Shown one piece after another: positions 26,682 to 38,696 of a stretch of DNA of 64,000 nucleotides. The notes under the pieces were generated by a model. It was not told the DNA's origin. It saw only the letters and a program-made list of their open reading frames with translations, and did not search any database. The stretch is from Felis catus. Its lineage: Eukaryota. The stretch lies in the NCBI RefSeq assembly GCF_018350175.1, contig NC_058369.1, positions 13,952,001 to 14,016,000 of the forward strand. Reading direction: 5' to 3'. Each line of letters begins with the position of its first letter. Positions within the stretch are counted from its first letter, which is position 1. Position numbers and translations under genes: made by a program.

Positions 26682-26925
26682 GGGGCACCTGGGTGGCTCA
26701 ATTAAGTGTCCGATTCTTGATTTTGGCTTACATCATGATCTCATGGTTCCGTGGGTTCAAGCTCCGTGTTGGGCTCTGTGCTGGCATCATGGAGCCTCCT
26801 TGCGATTCTCTCTCTGTCTCTCTGTCTCTCTCTGTCTCTCTGTCTCTGTCTCTCCCTCTCTCCCCCCTCCCTCCCCACATACCCTCACTTGCACTCTGTC
26901 TCTCTCAAAATAAACTTAAAAAACC
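26682..26925 (+). mobile_element. Can-SINE
   Basis: GGGGCACCTGGGTGGCTCAATTAAG head, (CT)-rich tract, CAAAATAAACTTAAAAAA tail. Confidence 0.87.
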
Positions 26926-27879
26926 AGAGGCTGATGTGATAGTGACTGGGGTGGGGGGAGGGGGGACAGCTCCTTGAGTGGGGTGTCAGGGAGGCCCTGT
27001 GGGATGGGCATGGAAGGGGGGCCATCACAGGCCAAGGCCCTGGGGGTGTACCCCCAGGTGCTTTGGACCCTGAGTGGGGAGAGCAGAGGTCAGGTTATGG
27101 CAAAAGCATGGGTAATGGGGTACCCACACACCCTCAGCCCAGGCTCTCTATATCTGGAATGGGGTCCACTCATAATCGGGGAGCCTGGACTCAGACCCTG
27201 GGCTATCTGACCCACAGGCCATAAGCAGGGAGGAACCCTGGGAGATGCAGGTCTCCTATTGTAGCAGGTGGCCTCCAGCATATGACAGCCTTGTCTGGGC
27301 CTCAGTTCGCTGTCTGCACTGCCCTTTTCCAACAGCCATGAGGATGAGGTGGGGGGAGAAGAAGGCATCCAAGCCCTATTTTGACCTTGAGCCTCTAATA
27401 GTTTGGGGAGTTGTGTTGGCCTTCTGAAAAGCCCTATGTGCCTCCAGATGGGCTGTCCCCTGGCTTGTGAAAGGCAGCCCCTGAGAGCAGGAACAGTGGT
27501 ATTCATTGATTCCCTAACATGTTCGTACACTTGTGTGTTCCATGAGCAGGTGCTGCTGAGCGACAGGCCCTGGCTTGGATGCTGGGTTTATAGAGCTCTT
27601 TCGGCGAGGTCGGGGGCAAGTGCCGTTGTGGGGGCACAGAGTGAGGGCTGCTGTGTGGAAGGACGCATGAGAGACTGGCTTGGCAACAGGAAGAGGCATG
27701 AGCTTTAACATTCAGCAGCTCATCAGGTCCTGCCTGATGGTTTCACTCTGCTGTTTTTCCTTCCTTTGCACCCTCGGAGGCAGCAGGTCCTTGGGGCAGA
27801 GCCCTAGGCTGGCATCTTCGCACCTCAGTTCTCTGCTCCTTGGAGTTCCTGGCCAGGCACAGGAGGGCAGGCAGCTCTT

Positions 27880-28430
27880 GCAAAGTGAGGGGGTCCCCAA
27901 GACCACACTCAGGTCAACTGGGAGGATGGACTCAGGATTCACCGGAAGCTGTTAACACTCACAGTTATGGTTTATTATGAGTGAAAGGACACAGATTACA
28001 GTCAGCAGAGGGAAGGGGTGTCCGGGGTGGTATCCAGGAGCGTTCCATGCATGGAACTTCCAGTCGTCCCCTCTCTGTGGGGTCGTGTGGACAGCTTGTA
28101 CTTTTCCCAGCACCAAAGTGTGAACGACACGCATGGTGTACTGCCAGCCGCGGGTGCTCCCCTGAGCCTCGGTGTCCAGGGTTTTTATTGGACTCACAGG
28201 GACCTGGCTGACTGCCACGTGGGTGACCTCCACGTCTAGTCCTCGCAGAGGGCCAGCTGATTCCACATGGCGCAAGATCCTACATCACACTGTTGGCATA
28301 GACCACCCGGTGTGGCCCAAGACCCCAGGCAAACAAAGATAGTCCTGCCAGGCAGGATGTTCAGAGGGCTTCCACCTCCCAGGAGCTGGGGACAAAGGTC
28401 AGACCTCTCTAGGCCTTTTCTACATAGCCA
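27880..28430 (-). mobile_element. MER21-like ERVL LTR
   Basis: GGGGTCCCCAAGACCAC...GTTATGGTTTATTA...AAAGGACACAGATTA...GGTGTCCAGGGTTTTTATTGG...GGGGACAAAGGTCAGACCTCTC resembles the recalled MER21 consensus. Confidence 0.65.
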
Positions 28431-30419
28431 ATATGCAACCAAGGACAGGCACAAGGTCCCCCAAAGGAAGAGCAGGGCCCCACACAGCTTCTACTCCAAA
28501 CCCAGAGGCTGCACTCCAAAGCCTGACAGTCCTATAGCAAAGGGGAGTTGGGTGGGGAGGCCACTGCTGGAAAGAAAGACTCAGATAGAGGTGGGGCCTG
28601 GAAGGGCTGGTGTTGCAGCAGCATGTGAGTCAAGAGCATCCTGTCAGTTCCCAGTCCTGTAGATCATCCCCAACGCCAGGCTCTCTAGAGGCCTGGAACA
28701 TGGCAGCTTTGTGGAGTGCTTGGACAGGATGCTAGGGTCCCAGAGCTGGCAGCTCAGCCTGTGACAAAAATGCATGTAGTGTAAGCACTTCTGTGTCACA
28801 TGCCATGCATTCCTACACACTCTTGGACAACGAGGGAGGGGGAAACCAAGGCCAAGAAGGGGGCCACATGGCTCTTGAGAGGTGGGTGCAATGCAGGCTT
28901 CTGCCATAAGGCTCAGACACAAGGAAGCATGTGGAGTGTCTTGGGTCTGAGATGACTTGTGCCTAGGCGGGAGTGGGGGCCCCCTGTATCGAATCTCCCT
29001 CTCCCCCTGGCTGGAGGCTGGCCTGTTTCATCTTGCATGACTGTGGGGTGAGAGGGACACAGCGGGGTATTCACGGTGAGCGTCTCCAGCCATTGGAGAC
29101 AGACCCTGGGCTGGGCCCCGCACAGACCCCAAGAACCACCCGCGAAGGATGGAACAAGGTCATTCTCCCTTCTGACCCCACCACAGCTTAAAGGAAACAG
29201 CTGTTTACCTGGGTGAGGTGCTCTGCTGGGCGGGCGGCCAGTTCCTGGGCCTCGCTTCCCTCTCCAGTATCCCAGGCCCCCCAGGAAGCAGGGGCCGGCG
29301 TGGGAGAGCGAGGCGGCGCGGGCAGCCAGCTCACGGAGCGCTGCCAGGAGCTGTTTGTGAAGGAACGTGAGCCGGCCTTGTTGTGTACACAGTGTCGACC
29401 CTAGCAACCGCCCCAGCCGGGGCCGGAGCAGACGCCCACCCTCCCTGCATGCCCAGCCACCACCCCTCGGACGTGACGTCTGTCTCCCAGAGCGGGCGTG
29501 ACAGGCGTCGTGGACCTTCAGCCTTCAGTCCTGGGGGCCATGAGTGGCACTGACCATGTCAGGGGCATCTGCTGTTATTCCCAGGAAAGTGGAATCGGCT
29601 GTTCAAGGGAGACGAGGCCAGGTCCCAGCCTCACTCCGAGGCAGCCACGGCCGGCCAGGGGGCTGGGCTGCTGGTTCTGAGGTGTGGCCCAGCGGGACAG
29701 ATCCCCACGTGAGTGACGGGTAGAGGCCCGTGCAGGCATTCGGCCATCCCAGATGAAGGCCCTCCACTGGCCCCAGCTCCGGCGAGGCCCGCGAGACAGG
29801 CAGATGGAGCCTGGGGGCTTGGGCAGGACCCCTTAGAACTCAGGCGGGGTCTGGCAGACCTGCCTGCCCTGTGTGTGCTGCCGGAGGGATCACACATCCT
29901 GCGCTTTGAAAGCCAGGGCTGTGCTTCTGAGACGGCCCCTCTGATTCAGGCCATTGGAAAGACAGTTTCTCCTGTGTCCGGGTGTCAATTCGCAGCCTCT
30001 GGCCCGCGCCCCGGGAATGCAGCCTTTGGCTGTGATGAGAAATGGCTCCCCTGGGTGGGTGAGGGGCCTCCTCCACAGGCTGTAGGCTCCAGATCTGCCC
30101 GATACTCTCTTGCTCATTCACAAATCGTGCGAGTGAACCAGCAAGGTTCCCCAAGTTCATGGAGGCAGCCCCCCGCCCACAGGGCACACTCCCCTACCTA
30201 GGGAGAGCTGCCTGGGGCATCCTGGGTTGCTGATTCTGCCATTTTGGGTGGAGAGACACCTGGCTCCTTTGAGTATCAGAGTCAAAGGGTCCCGCACCCT
30301 CTGTGACTGCTGCCGTTGGCCCACCGCTTGGTTCCTTTCTGGGCCCCTGGGGTGGCGCTCTTCATGATTTGCACGGGTGGGCTTCCAGCCCCCACTGTAG
30401 CTGTGGGCTTCTTTTGCAG

Positions 30420-30536
30420 CTCCAGCTCCAGAAGTCTCAGTACCTGCAGCTGGGCCCAAGCCGTGGCCAGTACTACGGCGGGTCCCTGCCTAACGTGAAC
30501 CAGATCGGGAGTGGCACCGTGGATCTGCCCTTCCAG
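30420..30536 (+). CDS. CRTC1: CRTC1 exon 2 (117 nt, phase 0/0): [39 protein letters not shown]
   Basis: cttttgcag| acceptor and |gtgagc donor. The translation matches recalled CRTC1 sequence after the N-terminal CREB-binding helix and includes the GGSLPNV motif (S64 equivalent). Confidence 0.97.
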
Positions 30537-31734
30537 GTGAGCCCCCACGCCCCCACACAGCCTCCCACCTGGTACGTGTCACATCTGGGCCCCACCCTGG
30601 TCACAGAGCAAGAAAGCATGTGTGTCGGCCGCAGTGGATAGCTGGGGTCACCAAATAATTGCCGCAGCCCGCCTCACCCTGCCCCCACCTACTCTTTTCC
30701 TGTCCCCGAGATGGCCTGGCCCTTGCCTGTCCCCTGTCAGCAGAGCCCACAGCAAGGCTGTGGTCTGGCCGAGAGTGTTTCGGCAGCCGCTACACCTGTT
30801 GGCCGGCTGTGCGGCATCGGGAACCGCTCGGGGCCTCTGGGGCTTGGCTCCATCCTGCCTCACTAATCCGCAAGCCCAGCAATTCTCAGAAGGAGGCCCT
30901 GTGGCCTGACCCCACTTGTCTGCGAACGTTTCTTGGCAGAGGCGCACACAACGCGGCTCCCGGAGGCCACACAGCCGCTGTGCACGTCCTTATCATAAAT
31001 AATGGGAGATAAGGCCCATTGCCTGGGCTCAGGGCTGGCTTCTTACCCCAAGCTCTGCCCTGACCCTGGTCTGCAGGTGGAAGCAGGGGCAAGGTGGGCC
31101 TGGGAGCAGGGCCAAGAGCCGGGGCCATCCCCCGCTTGTCTGGGCTCTGTAGGGACAGGTCCATCAGACGGCCACACACCCGCCCCTTTGCTGGGACAGG
31201 GCCTCAGAAACAGCCACGTCTGTCCATGTGTTGACAGGCCAGGTGTAGCCAGACTCATGGAGTCCCTCATGGAGCTCAGTCCCCCACCCACCCGAGTCAC
31301 TCCCCAGCTCCTACTCCTCCCACAACGCGGCTGGAGTGCAGCAGGGCACCTGGACTCAGGTTGGGTCCACCTGGCTCAGCTCTGCCTCCCCTGGGCACCT
31401 CGGAGCATGACCCTCCTCAGATGGCCTCCTCGCTGGAGCAGACACGTGGAGCCGTTGCGCTGATCCTGAACGTGCTCCAGGAGCCTGACCTCTTTGTCAA
31501 GGCCCTTCCTAGTTCGAGTTTTCTCCCCTCTTCCCGCCTCTCCTCTTCCTCTGTTTCCCCCATCCCCTTCTCCCTCAAGGAGAGCATCTCTCTGGGCAGC
31601 CCCCCAGTACGGCCCTGCCTAGGGCTGGCATAGAGCCCCCTTGGGCCAAGGGTATACTGGGGCCTGGCGGGCATCCCACTGGGGGGCCGGATGAGGCAGG
31701 AGTGTCTCAAAGTCTCGGTTCTTTGCATTTTCAG

Positions 31735-31782
31735 CCCAGCGGATATCTGGGGGAGGCCCTGGCAGCGGCTCCTGTCTCTCTG
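31735..31782 (+). CDS. CRTC1: CRTC1 alternative 48-nt cassette exon: PSGYLGEALAAAPVSL
   Basis: ttttcag| acceptor and |gtaaat donor, frame-preserving. It matches the 16-aa insert (PSGFLGEALAAAPVSL) recalled for the long human isoform. Confidence 0.9.
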
Positions 31783-33308
31783 GTAAATGAGCCCCTGGGC
31801 TGAGGCCTCGGCGTCCCTGGCACGTGCGCGGGTGCTGGGTATCACTGCGTGGTCCCCCAGTGGCCTGGCGGGATGTGTCCTGTCCGCCAAACAGAAGTGG
31901 ATCCACTCTGCACCTCCCCCTGCCCCGTATGGGGAAGTGCGTGTGGTTGCGTCGAGAGACCCCCGCCTGGGGGGTCCGAGCATGGGCATCAATGCTGCAT
32001 GGTTCGTTCCTGCGACACATGCACACTTACGTGTGTGTGGATCCTAGGTGCAGCCTGGTGAGCTGGGCTGTGGCCGGGCCCGAGCTTCTCTCTGCCTCTG
32101 GCTCTGCTTCAGCTGTCTTGGTTTCCCCTCTGGCCTTCTAGGCGTCTCTGGGAGGAGATGAACAGCCCCTGCCCTCTGTTGTTTGTGCCTGGATGGCAAG
32201 GTTCCCACCTTCCTTCGGCCACTGAAGTCTCTCAGGCCCAAGGCCCTTTGGCGGCAAAAAGTGTAAAAAGACCCAAGCTGGCAGGGTCCTTTCTGGGTCA
32301 GAGAGAGACAGGGGGCCCCAGACTCCAGGGAGAGCAGTCAGCCCTGAACACTGGCTCAGGCATTTGGACGGGTAGGGAAGAGCAGTGATTCCAGCCAGTG
32401 GCAGTCTTCCGGAAGGAAATTGCTTTTGCCTGGCTGCCCAGAGAAGACAGAAGGGCTCAAGGGCCAGGTGGCCGGGTGGGGGGACCGGCTGCCTCCGGAG
32501 CTGGCTAAGATTGCCAGTCTCGCCCCAGTCAGGTGGTGAGGAGCCCCATGGCACCAGGGAAGGCAGGGAGCAGGCTCCCAGGGGCCCCAGGGGCATGGAG
32601 CTGGGAGAGAGAGGAGGGTCTGGCCGGGGGCCTCGTGCCAGCCCCAGGTGCTGGAAGGAAGCCCCTTCCACCAAGCCGTGGGCCAGGGCTCCGGAAAGTG
32701 CTTGCACTTGGCTCCAGTGGTAAAGGGATGAGGTGCTGGGGGAGGGCGAGTGGGGGCTTATCTCATTCAAAACCGGCCAGGGCTCAATAAGGAGCCTCTG
32801 GGGAGCCAGCACTTGGCCAGGTGGGCCCCTTGACGTCCTCGGCTGGAAGCCCTGGGGGCTGTCTCTTGGCAGGCCCCTCCGGGGATGACGTAGGTGGGGA
32901 GAGGAGGCCAGCCGGGCCCAGAGAGAGAAGGCGGAGGCCTGTCTGCACCTGGCGAGGCTGGGGGGCGCTTGGGCCGTCTGCACCCCTGGCACCCCAGCCG
33001 GCACCGGGCCCCGAGCTTGTGCTGCTCTGCCTGGCCCGTGCATGCCGGCCGCACTGCACGCCTGCCACCCGGCACCCAGGATCCCCAGCTCGCCCCTACC
33101 CTGGCAGTGCTAAAGGCTGGGGGCCCTGGCTGCAGGAGGAAGCCCGTCTGGGCTGCAGAGTGGTGACAAAGGGTGTCTCAGGAGCGGGGGGGCCCTGAGG
33201 TCAGATCCTGGGGGCAGAGCTGGGTTGGATCTTAGGCCACAGCTGATAACTGTTTGGGTTTCTCTCTCTTTTCTGGTCTCCTTCTCCCCTACCCCTCCCC
33301 TCGCCCAG

Positions 33309-33446
33309 ACACCCTTCCAGTCCTCGGGCCTGGACACCAGCCGAACCACCCGGCACCACGGGCTGGTGGACAGAGTATACCGAGAGCGTGGCCGGCTCGG
33401 CTCCCCACATCGCCGGCCCTTGTCAGTGGACAAACATGGACGGCAG
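33309..33446 (+). CDS. CRTC1: CRTC1 exon 3 (138 nt): [46 protein letters not shown]
   Basis: cgcccag| acceptor; ends at the U12-type donor |ATATCTTTT; the peptide matches CRTC1. Confidence 0.96.
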
Positions 33447-34449
33447 ATATCTTTTACCCAGAGGACGGGAGTGGGGGATGACTGCAGGACCCCGAGTCTA
33501 GCTGACTGAGCTGCCAGCTCTGGAGATGGAGTAAGGGCTGTCCCAGCCCTCCCAGGCAGCACCAGGAGAGGGCGCAGTTGCAGGGCCACCCTGGAGGAGG
33601 CAGGCAGTGTGGCTGGCTGAAGAGCCTGTGGCTGGGGGCTGGGGGGGCGCACAGGGAACGGGGACACAGGCTGCTGGAGCACGCAGCGTGAGGCGAGGAT
33701 TGGGTAACGTGAGGTCGGACCACACTGTGTTGGACGTCTGTCTGGGCAGTGGAACCCAGAAAGGCTGTGAGCAGGGTGTCCACATGTTGGGGCCATGTGG
33801 AAGGCAGCCCAGCCCAGGCAGTGGGGCTGAGGGGGGTCTGAGCCAGACCCAGACCCATCCAAGGGAGGCTCCATCTGAAGACAGAGAATTCGCCTCTGCA
33901 CCTTGGCCAAGCAGAGATCGTCAGGAGTTTCTCCCCCACCCCCTAAGACTTGGCCGCCCCTTGGTGCTTGGCCAGCCGGGCGCCCCGCCCCCGACCATCA
34001 CTGGAGCCTGAGTGGCTGCTCTCGGGACCCCCAGCATTCTAGAACAGAGAAGCCTGTTCTTTCCCGGTTCTCATTTCCGTGGCTGGGGCAGCCTGACCAG
34101 CTGGGCCTCAGACAGAGCCCTCAGGCCCCGGGAGCCGCCCTGTCAGCCTAGAATTAAGAGTCAAGACCCAGGTCAACTGAACCAGACTCCCCGCTGCCCC
34201 CCATGGGCCCCAGTTTCACAGCCGAGGCCCCTCTTGGAAAGGGTGCAGCCTGCACGTGTGCTTGCAGGGGGTGAGTGCTGAGTGCTAGGTGGATAGGGCT
34301 GAACCCCGGGGGCTGCTCGCAGCCAGGCAGGAAAGGCCCCCGCCCTGCGGCCCCAGCTGTTCACAGGCTCCCAGCAGCCTGGCCACGAGGTTCCTGGGGC
34401 TCGGGGTGGGGCCTGAGCCAACAGCGCTGTCCCCTTAACTCACACTCAA
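33447..34449 (+). other. CRTC1: U12-type (minor spliceosome) intron, AT...AA termini
   Basis: 5' end ATATCTTTT (consensus RTATCCTTT). Branch box CCCCTTAAC at 34431-34439. No polypyrimidine tract. The protein frame requires exon 4 to start at GCG (34450), preceded by ...CTCAA. Confidence 0.88.
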
Positions 34450-34511
34450 GCGGACAGCTGCCCATACGGCACCGTGTACCTCTCGCCGCCCGCGGACACC
34501 AGCTGGAGAAG
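34450..34511 (+). CDS. CRTC1: CRTC1 exon 4 (62 nt): [20 protein letters not shown](R)
   Basis: The peptide matches CRTC1; donor AG|gtcagt; the phase 2 end joins exon 5. Confidence 0.93.
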
Positions 34512-35067
34512 GTCAGTGACCCAGAGCCGGCCCTCAGCCCTCTCGTTGGAAACAAAAACAAACTTACATCATGCTTGTGCTTGGAAAACCAATATGCAGT
34601 CACTTTAAGATGACAAAACTAAGAAGTATCCAGAAGTTTCTAGAAATCAGCTCTATCCCTGTAACACCAAGGTCATAGCTTTGGAGTCTTCCAGGAATTT
34701 TTTTTCCTCCTTCCATGACTTTTTTTTTTTTTTTCTTTCATAGACAGAGTTGAGATTACATTAGATATTCAGTGTTGTAACTTGCCTTTTTCCATTTCAT
34801 ACTATATTGAGTGGTTTCCCACATTGCTGAACAGTCATTGAAAGTGTGATTATAAAAGTATTCTATATTTATTACCAGAAGATTAGGAATACACATAAAT
34901 GTACCTGAAAGTGGAAAAAAAAATAATGTCCTCGTCTGCAGAGGTCTAGAATAATAATACCATAGTTAATACCTATAATAAATAATGGGTGATAGGTGCA
35001 CACCAGTCTGAATACAATTATACCAGAGAAGTGTATACTTAAAAATGGTTAAAATGGTAGATTTTGT

Positions 35068-35124
35068 GATATATATATCTATATATATGTAGATATATAT
35101 AGATATATATATATAAATATATAT
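35068..35124. repeat. Imperfect (TA)n microsatellite
   Basis: atatatatctatatatatgtagatatatatagatatatatatataaatatatat. Confidence 0.85.
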
Positions 35125-35329
35125 GAATGATTTCATTAAACAAAGACCAAAGTAAGCAAACTGTTAAAAAAAGTATGAAATACGATATATAATGTAATGC
35201 GTAATTCAGTAACGTAATTAAATTCCTACCAAGCATGCATTATATATATCGGGCCATATTTCAACCATCATATTCATTAAGTAACATAAAACACACAGAG
35301 CTCTGTGGAGTCGGTGAGCTTTTGTTCTC

Positions 35330-35455
35330 TGCATTTTCAGTATAGAGAAACTGAGCACAGAGAGGTCAGAATACTTGCTCAGGGACACACAGCCGGTAGG
35401 GGAGCCAGGATCCAGACCAGCCTCTCACTGTTGGGCTGGCCCCAGGGTCAGAGAC
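35330..35455 (+). mobile_element. MIR fragment
   Basis: CATTTTCAG...GAGAAACTGAGCACAGAGAGGTCAGAATACTTGCTCAGGGACACACAGC core. Confidence 0.6.
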
Positions 35456-36340
35456 TCAGCCAGCCTAGTCCTTTATAGCCTGCTCTTCTCCTTGAATCGC
35501 TTCCTCCATGTCCCTCTCAGCGGCTGGCGTGTCCCTTTTGGATTCATGCTGCTCTTACTTTCATCCCCAGAGTGCCAGCCATGTGGCTGGATCCACCTTT
35601 GCTCATCTGCTCAGCTCCCCGTGGGTGCCCACATTTTCCTGGGTGCCTGAGGCGGTCTTCTGGGACTTTCTCTGCAGGCACCTGCAGCTGGCAGCTGGAA
35701 GCACATTGAGTTACTCTGTCCCCAGTGCAGAAGGCAGGGCTCCTGGCAGCCTTTGGGCTGGTTGAACCAAGACCTTGCCCCTCAAATATTGCCTCATGCC
35801 ACCTCCCCTCCCCAGAGGCTGCATTCTTTCTGGGTCATTCTCTGAGCCTCATATCACTGCCTCCCCTTCCTGCCTATTACACCTGGTTTGTAACTGATTA
35901 TCCTCGGGGGCAGGGTTGCCCGTTGGTCTTTGTCACCAGAAGGAGACCCAGTGATGGCCTGGGGACTTGTACCCCCAAGACTGGGCCACTGTGGGACCGT
36001 TGGGCCCCCTCTCCAGAGAGTATCAGCAGGAAGGCACTGTCCTTTCCCTAAAGCTGAGAAGCCTACAGAGGGGATGGGGGTAGGGAGGAGCTGGTTAGGA
36101 ACGGAGGGACATCTCTGCTGCAGCTTTTGTCTTCAACAGGCTTTGCAGATCAAAGTAACGGTCACTCCTGTGGTTCTTTTGAGAACAATGTCCTTAGGGT
36201 TTTACGCAGGTGCAACAGCTCACAAAAATGACCCACTATTCCCACCCTGTCCCATTGATCATGTCCTGGATAGAGTGGAGCCAGGACTGTCCCATCGTCC
36301 GCTTTGGGGCCAAGGCTCACTGTCTCTCTCCTCTCCTCAG

Positions 36341-36435
36341 GACCAATTCTGACTCTGCCCTGCACCAGAGCACAATGACACCCACCCAACCAGAGCCCTT
36401 TACGGGCGGGTCCCAGGATGCACACCAGAAAAGAG
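36341..36435 (+). CDS. CRTC1: CRTC1 exon 5 (95 nt): (R)[31 protein letters not shown]
   Basis: ctcctcag| and |gtattg. Contains the [15 protein letters not shown] 14-3-3 site (S151 equivalent). Confidence 0.97.
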
Positions 36436-38426
36436 GTATTGACGGGCATCGTTCCTTGGGTCAGGCGAGTCCAGTGGGTGGCCCCTATGCTCCCAGAGGT
36501 CACAAGCTCAAAGATGGAGAGACCTGCAAAGGAGGAGCCAGTGGGTGCTATGGGACAAGGGGAGGGGTGTGGAAACTTGTAGGGATGGTGCTGCTTGATT
36601 TGGGTTTTAAAGAGTACCCAGGAGTTTTCTAGGCAGAGAAAACAGCCTCTGCAAACACTCATGGATTCAGGCCATAGCCCCACAGATGGGGGCCGTCCAC
36701 GTTCTGTCAGTTGTAGTGGGCAGCAAGCCGAGCAGAAGGAGGCATTTATCAGCTCATGACCAAGCAGTCCGGAGCTAGAGAGGTTCGGCTTTAGGTGCAG
36801 CTCCATCCAGGGCTTCACACTTCCTGGCTTTGCTGCTCAGAACCCTCTTGATTCACACAGAATGTGCCCATTCTGCCTACTGTGGGTGGGAAAGGGGCGG
36901 CTGCTTTCCCACCTCTTCCCCAGGCTCCTCTCTGACCGAGCCATGCATACACCCCTGGGGCAGATCGGTGCCTAGGCCCCTGGTCTCTCCTCAGGGAGAG
37001 CTGGGCACTGGGGCAGTGTCCCCAGGACCTTCTAGGACGGTGCATGCCATCTGAAAAACTGGGGCACCATCACCTAAAGAGAAGGACAGTGCTGTGTGGC
37101 CGGCCTCAGGAAACCCCAGCAGGCTTGATCTGCCCAGAGGCACTGAAACCAGAGAATTGATCACATACAGTTAAGGTCCAAACACCCATTTTGGAGTAGC
37201 CTTGCACTGTGTGAACGTGTAAACATACCAGGGAGCTTCTGCTATAGAGTAAGGATTATCAACCAGAATTTCACCCCTTGGGAGGTGGGGGGGGGGGGGG
37301 CTCTCCGCATGCCATCTTCCTGGGATCCCTGTTCATCAGACAGCAAAGGTGAGATTGCAGAAGGAACTGTCTCTATAATAAAAGTGAGGATTCCAAATGT
37401 CCGGGGGTGAAGAGAACAGGGCATCTGGTGTTTCACTCCTGTTCCCAATGTTGGGAGCTGTTCTTGAAGGGACCATCTCCTTGGTGGGTTCCCCAGGAAA
37501 ATGGGGCTTTCAGGGTAGGCTCTCCAGGGCAAGTGTCATCTCTTGGGACTCTGTGACCATGGAAAGGAGCTGCAACCCAGGAGGCCCTTGGCAGCTCAGG
37601 GTCCAGTTGTCCCTGGCCTGGGGAGAGGGGAGACATGTTACCTGCCCCTGTTTCTCCACGAGGGGCCCAAGAAGTGATGGGGGCGGGGGGGGGGGGTTCC
37701 CTCCCACCCCCCCCCCACAGTTCAGTCTCTCTGGTTTTTAAGGAGGAGGAGTTGACCCATCTGGCTGTGTTCAGTGTGGCTCTATTGAAAGTGAAAGACT
37801 GAACCTCCAATAGGTGTAAAGAAACTGGGTCTCATAAAGAAAGTGTTTAATCTCACCTTAACCAAAAGGTCCTAAGAAAGGGGCCTTCAGGCACAGCTGG
37901 TTCCAGGGCCTTAAATGATGCCCATCCAGTCCTTCAGACCTTCCCTGCCCTCCGCGCCTCCTCTGGGGCTGGCTGGCATTGCAACTAAATCATGAGACCA
38001 CAGCTACCATGAGTAGACCAGCCAGCCCCGGCTCATATGAGCAGCATGGATGCAGGTGACCACAAAGAGGCAGGTAGGGTGAGGAGGCCGGGAGAAATTC
38101 TCTGCTGTTCTCTGCAACCTGAGGCCTCCAGGACCTGCCATGGGAGGCAGAATCGATACATGTCCTCAGCTCCAGAGCTCCCGTTTTCATTTCTTTTTGA
38201 ATCACAGGGTCTCTGGCTTGTTGTTTGTTTTTTAAGTGTTTTTTGTTTTGTTTTGAATGAAACCCTTTTTTGTACTCTAGTGCAGTCCCCAGAAGTTACT
38301 GTTGGGGCAGTCACACTTGTGTCATGGTTGTGACCCTGTGTATGTCAGGGAAGCTCCCCACTTTGGTGCCACGTAGCTTCAAAGTGAAAAGGTTCTGATT
38401 TTCTTTCTCTTCCCACCCCACCCCAG

Positions 38427-38512
38427 TCTTACTATTAACAGTCCCAGGAATGGAGGAAACCACATCGGAGACAGATAAGAATCTTCCCAAGCAAGCATGG
38501 GATACCAAGAAG
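38427..38512 (+). CDS. CRTC1: CRTC1 exon 6 (86 nt): (V)[28 protein letters not shown]
   Basis: accccag| and |gtaaga; phases are consistent with the neighbouring exons. Confidence 0.96.
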
Positions 38513-38696
38513 GTAAGAGTCCAAGGGCTTTCAAAAACGGTTTTCCTTCTTGATCTTTTTTTTAATAGCCTAGCCAAAGGTAGAGAAATAGCACACCTTC
38601 CCTGAAGTGTGAACCTCACTCAGATTTGACCGGGCCTGCCATTAGGGTTAAATAGACCTGCTATACTGGTCAGAAGCCATGAAGAATTAAAACCCA

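Noticed and set aside
32138..33910. Long antisense ORFs (301 aa and 266 aa)
   Set aside because: Expected from low stop-codon frequency at high GC; no homology recognised.
34441..34445. Canonical AT-AC acceptor for the U12 intron
   Set aside because: Both ACs are only 5-7 nt from the branch A; one would add TQ not present in the recalled protein and the other frameshifts.
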